Positions 59,555 to 60,256 of a DNA stretch of 60,256 bases are shown here, one piece after another; position 1 is the first letter of the stretch, and every line of letters starts with the position of its first letter. The notes beneath the pieces were generated by a model. The model ran no database searches. It was not told the origin of the DNA and saw nothing but the letters and a program-made list of their open reading frames with translations. The stretch lies in contig JAZQTV010000046.1 in the NCBI GenBank assembly GCA_045630945.1, forward strand, positions 1-60,256. The letters run 5' to 3'. The translations under genes and the position numbers were made by a program. This stretch comes from Clostridia bacterium. Its GTDB lineage: Bacteria > Bacillota > Clostridia > Christensenellales > QALW01.

Positions 59555-60256
59555 TTAAGCCTCCGTTTTAAAAGACCTTCTTACAGCTAAATCTGTTTCA
59601 TAAATATCATCAATTGTCGGCTCATCAATGACATTCATATTAAAAATAGTATGCGCTATCATATCAGGAATATCACAAAAACCGATTTTCTCTTTCAAAA
59701 AAAGCTCAACAGCAACTTCGTTTGCGGCATTTAATGCACACGGTGCATTACCACCCATCTTAATTGCATCAAAAGCAAGCCTTAAACACGGAAATTTCTC
59801 ATAGTCAGGCTCATAAAAATGAAGAGTTTCGCGTTTTGCTAAATCTAAGAAGCTTGCCCCCGAGTAAAAACGATTTGGATACTCAAAAGCATACATTATA
59901 GGAAGCTTCATATCAGGTTCACCCATTTGTGCCATAACAGCACCATCTTCAAACTCAACTGCAGAATGAACAACGCTTTCAGGATGAATAATTGGTGAAA
60001 TCTTATCTACCGGAACGTCAAAAAGCCACTTGGCTTCAATAACTTCTAGTCCTTTGTTCATTAAGGTTGATGAATCAATGGTAATTTTTTTACCCATATT
60101 CCAGGTAGGATGCTTCAACGCATCGTGGTACGTTACATTTTTAAGCTGTGCTATATCATAATTACGGAAAGGTCCGCCCGATGCAGTAAGGATTATTTTT
60201 TTTATATTATTTCCAGTGTTACCCTGCAAACATTGAAAAATTGCAGAATGCTCACT
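59555..60256 (-). CDS. dxr: 1-deoxy-D-xylulose 5-phosphate reductoisomerase; 5' end lies outside the window
   Basis: SEHSAIFQCL at the window edge, LTASGGPF, HPTWNMGKKITIDS, MNKGLEVIEA, NAANEVAV. Confidence 0.97.
   Translation of the reverse strand, partial: SEHSAIFQCLQGNTGNNIKKIILTASGGPFRNYDIAQLKNVTYHDALKHPTWNMGKKITIDSSTLMNKGLEVIEAKWLFDVPVDKISPIIHPESVVHSAVEFEDGAVMAQMGEPDMKLPIMYAFEYPNRFYSGASFLDLAKRETLHFYEPDYEKFPCLRLAFDAIKMGGNAPCALNAANEVAVELFLKEKIGFCDIPDMIAHTIFNMNVIDEPTIDDIYETDLAVRRSFKTEA

Overview
AT-rich chromosomal window from a spore-forming Clostridia-type Firmicute (inferred from sigma-A promoters, AGGAG RBSs, type-2 GalT, RqcH, GlpP, PdaB-like and BclA-like genes). It mixes housekeeping genes (tig-clpP-clpX, rqcH, ssb, uvrC, murC, dnaD/dnaC-like, tilS-hpt-ftsH, SRP RNA, ybaK, ispG-rseP-dxr) with carbohydrate, envelope and transport loci (galT, XRE-kinase plus murQ, ABC exporter, GH99-like and GH140-like proteins, a Gfo/Idh/MocA plus two TIM-barrel plus nagB operon, glpP-glpA-like operon, GH2 beta-galactosidase with AraC, lipoprotein-ABC cassette, copA). 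No rRNA, tRNA, CRISPR array, intact transposase or prophage was seen. The most notable observations are: (1) a strong in-frame internal RBS and ATG in copA that could produce a free 66-aa CopZ-like chaperone; (2) an XRE-HTH fused to a BadF-type amino-sugar kinase ahead of murQ, with a candidate operator; (3) a 43-bp IS3-like end-to-end mini-element with a 3-bp target duplication inside a terminator loop; (4) an AraC pseudogene absent from the ORF track; (5) a possible non-hydrolytic (3-keto) glycoside pathway linked to nagB; (6) a ThyX-fold protein lacking the ThyX signature. All family assignments come from motif recognition by eye, not from database searches.
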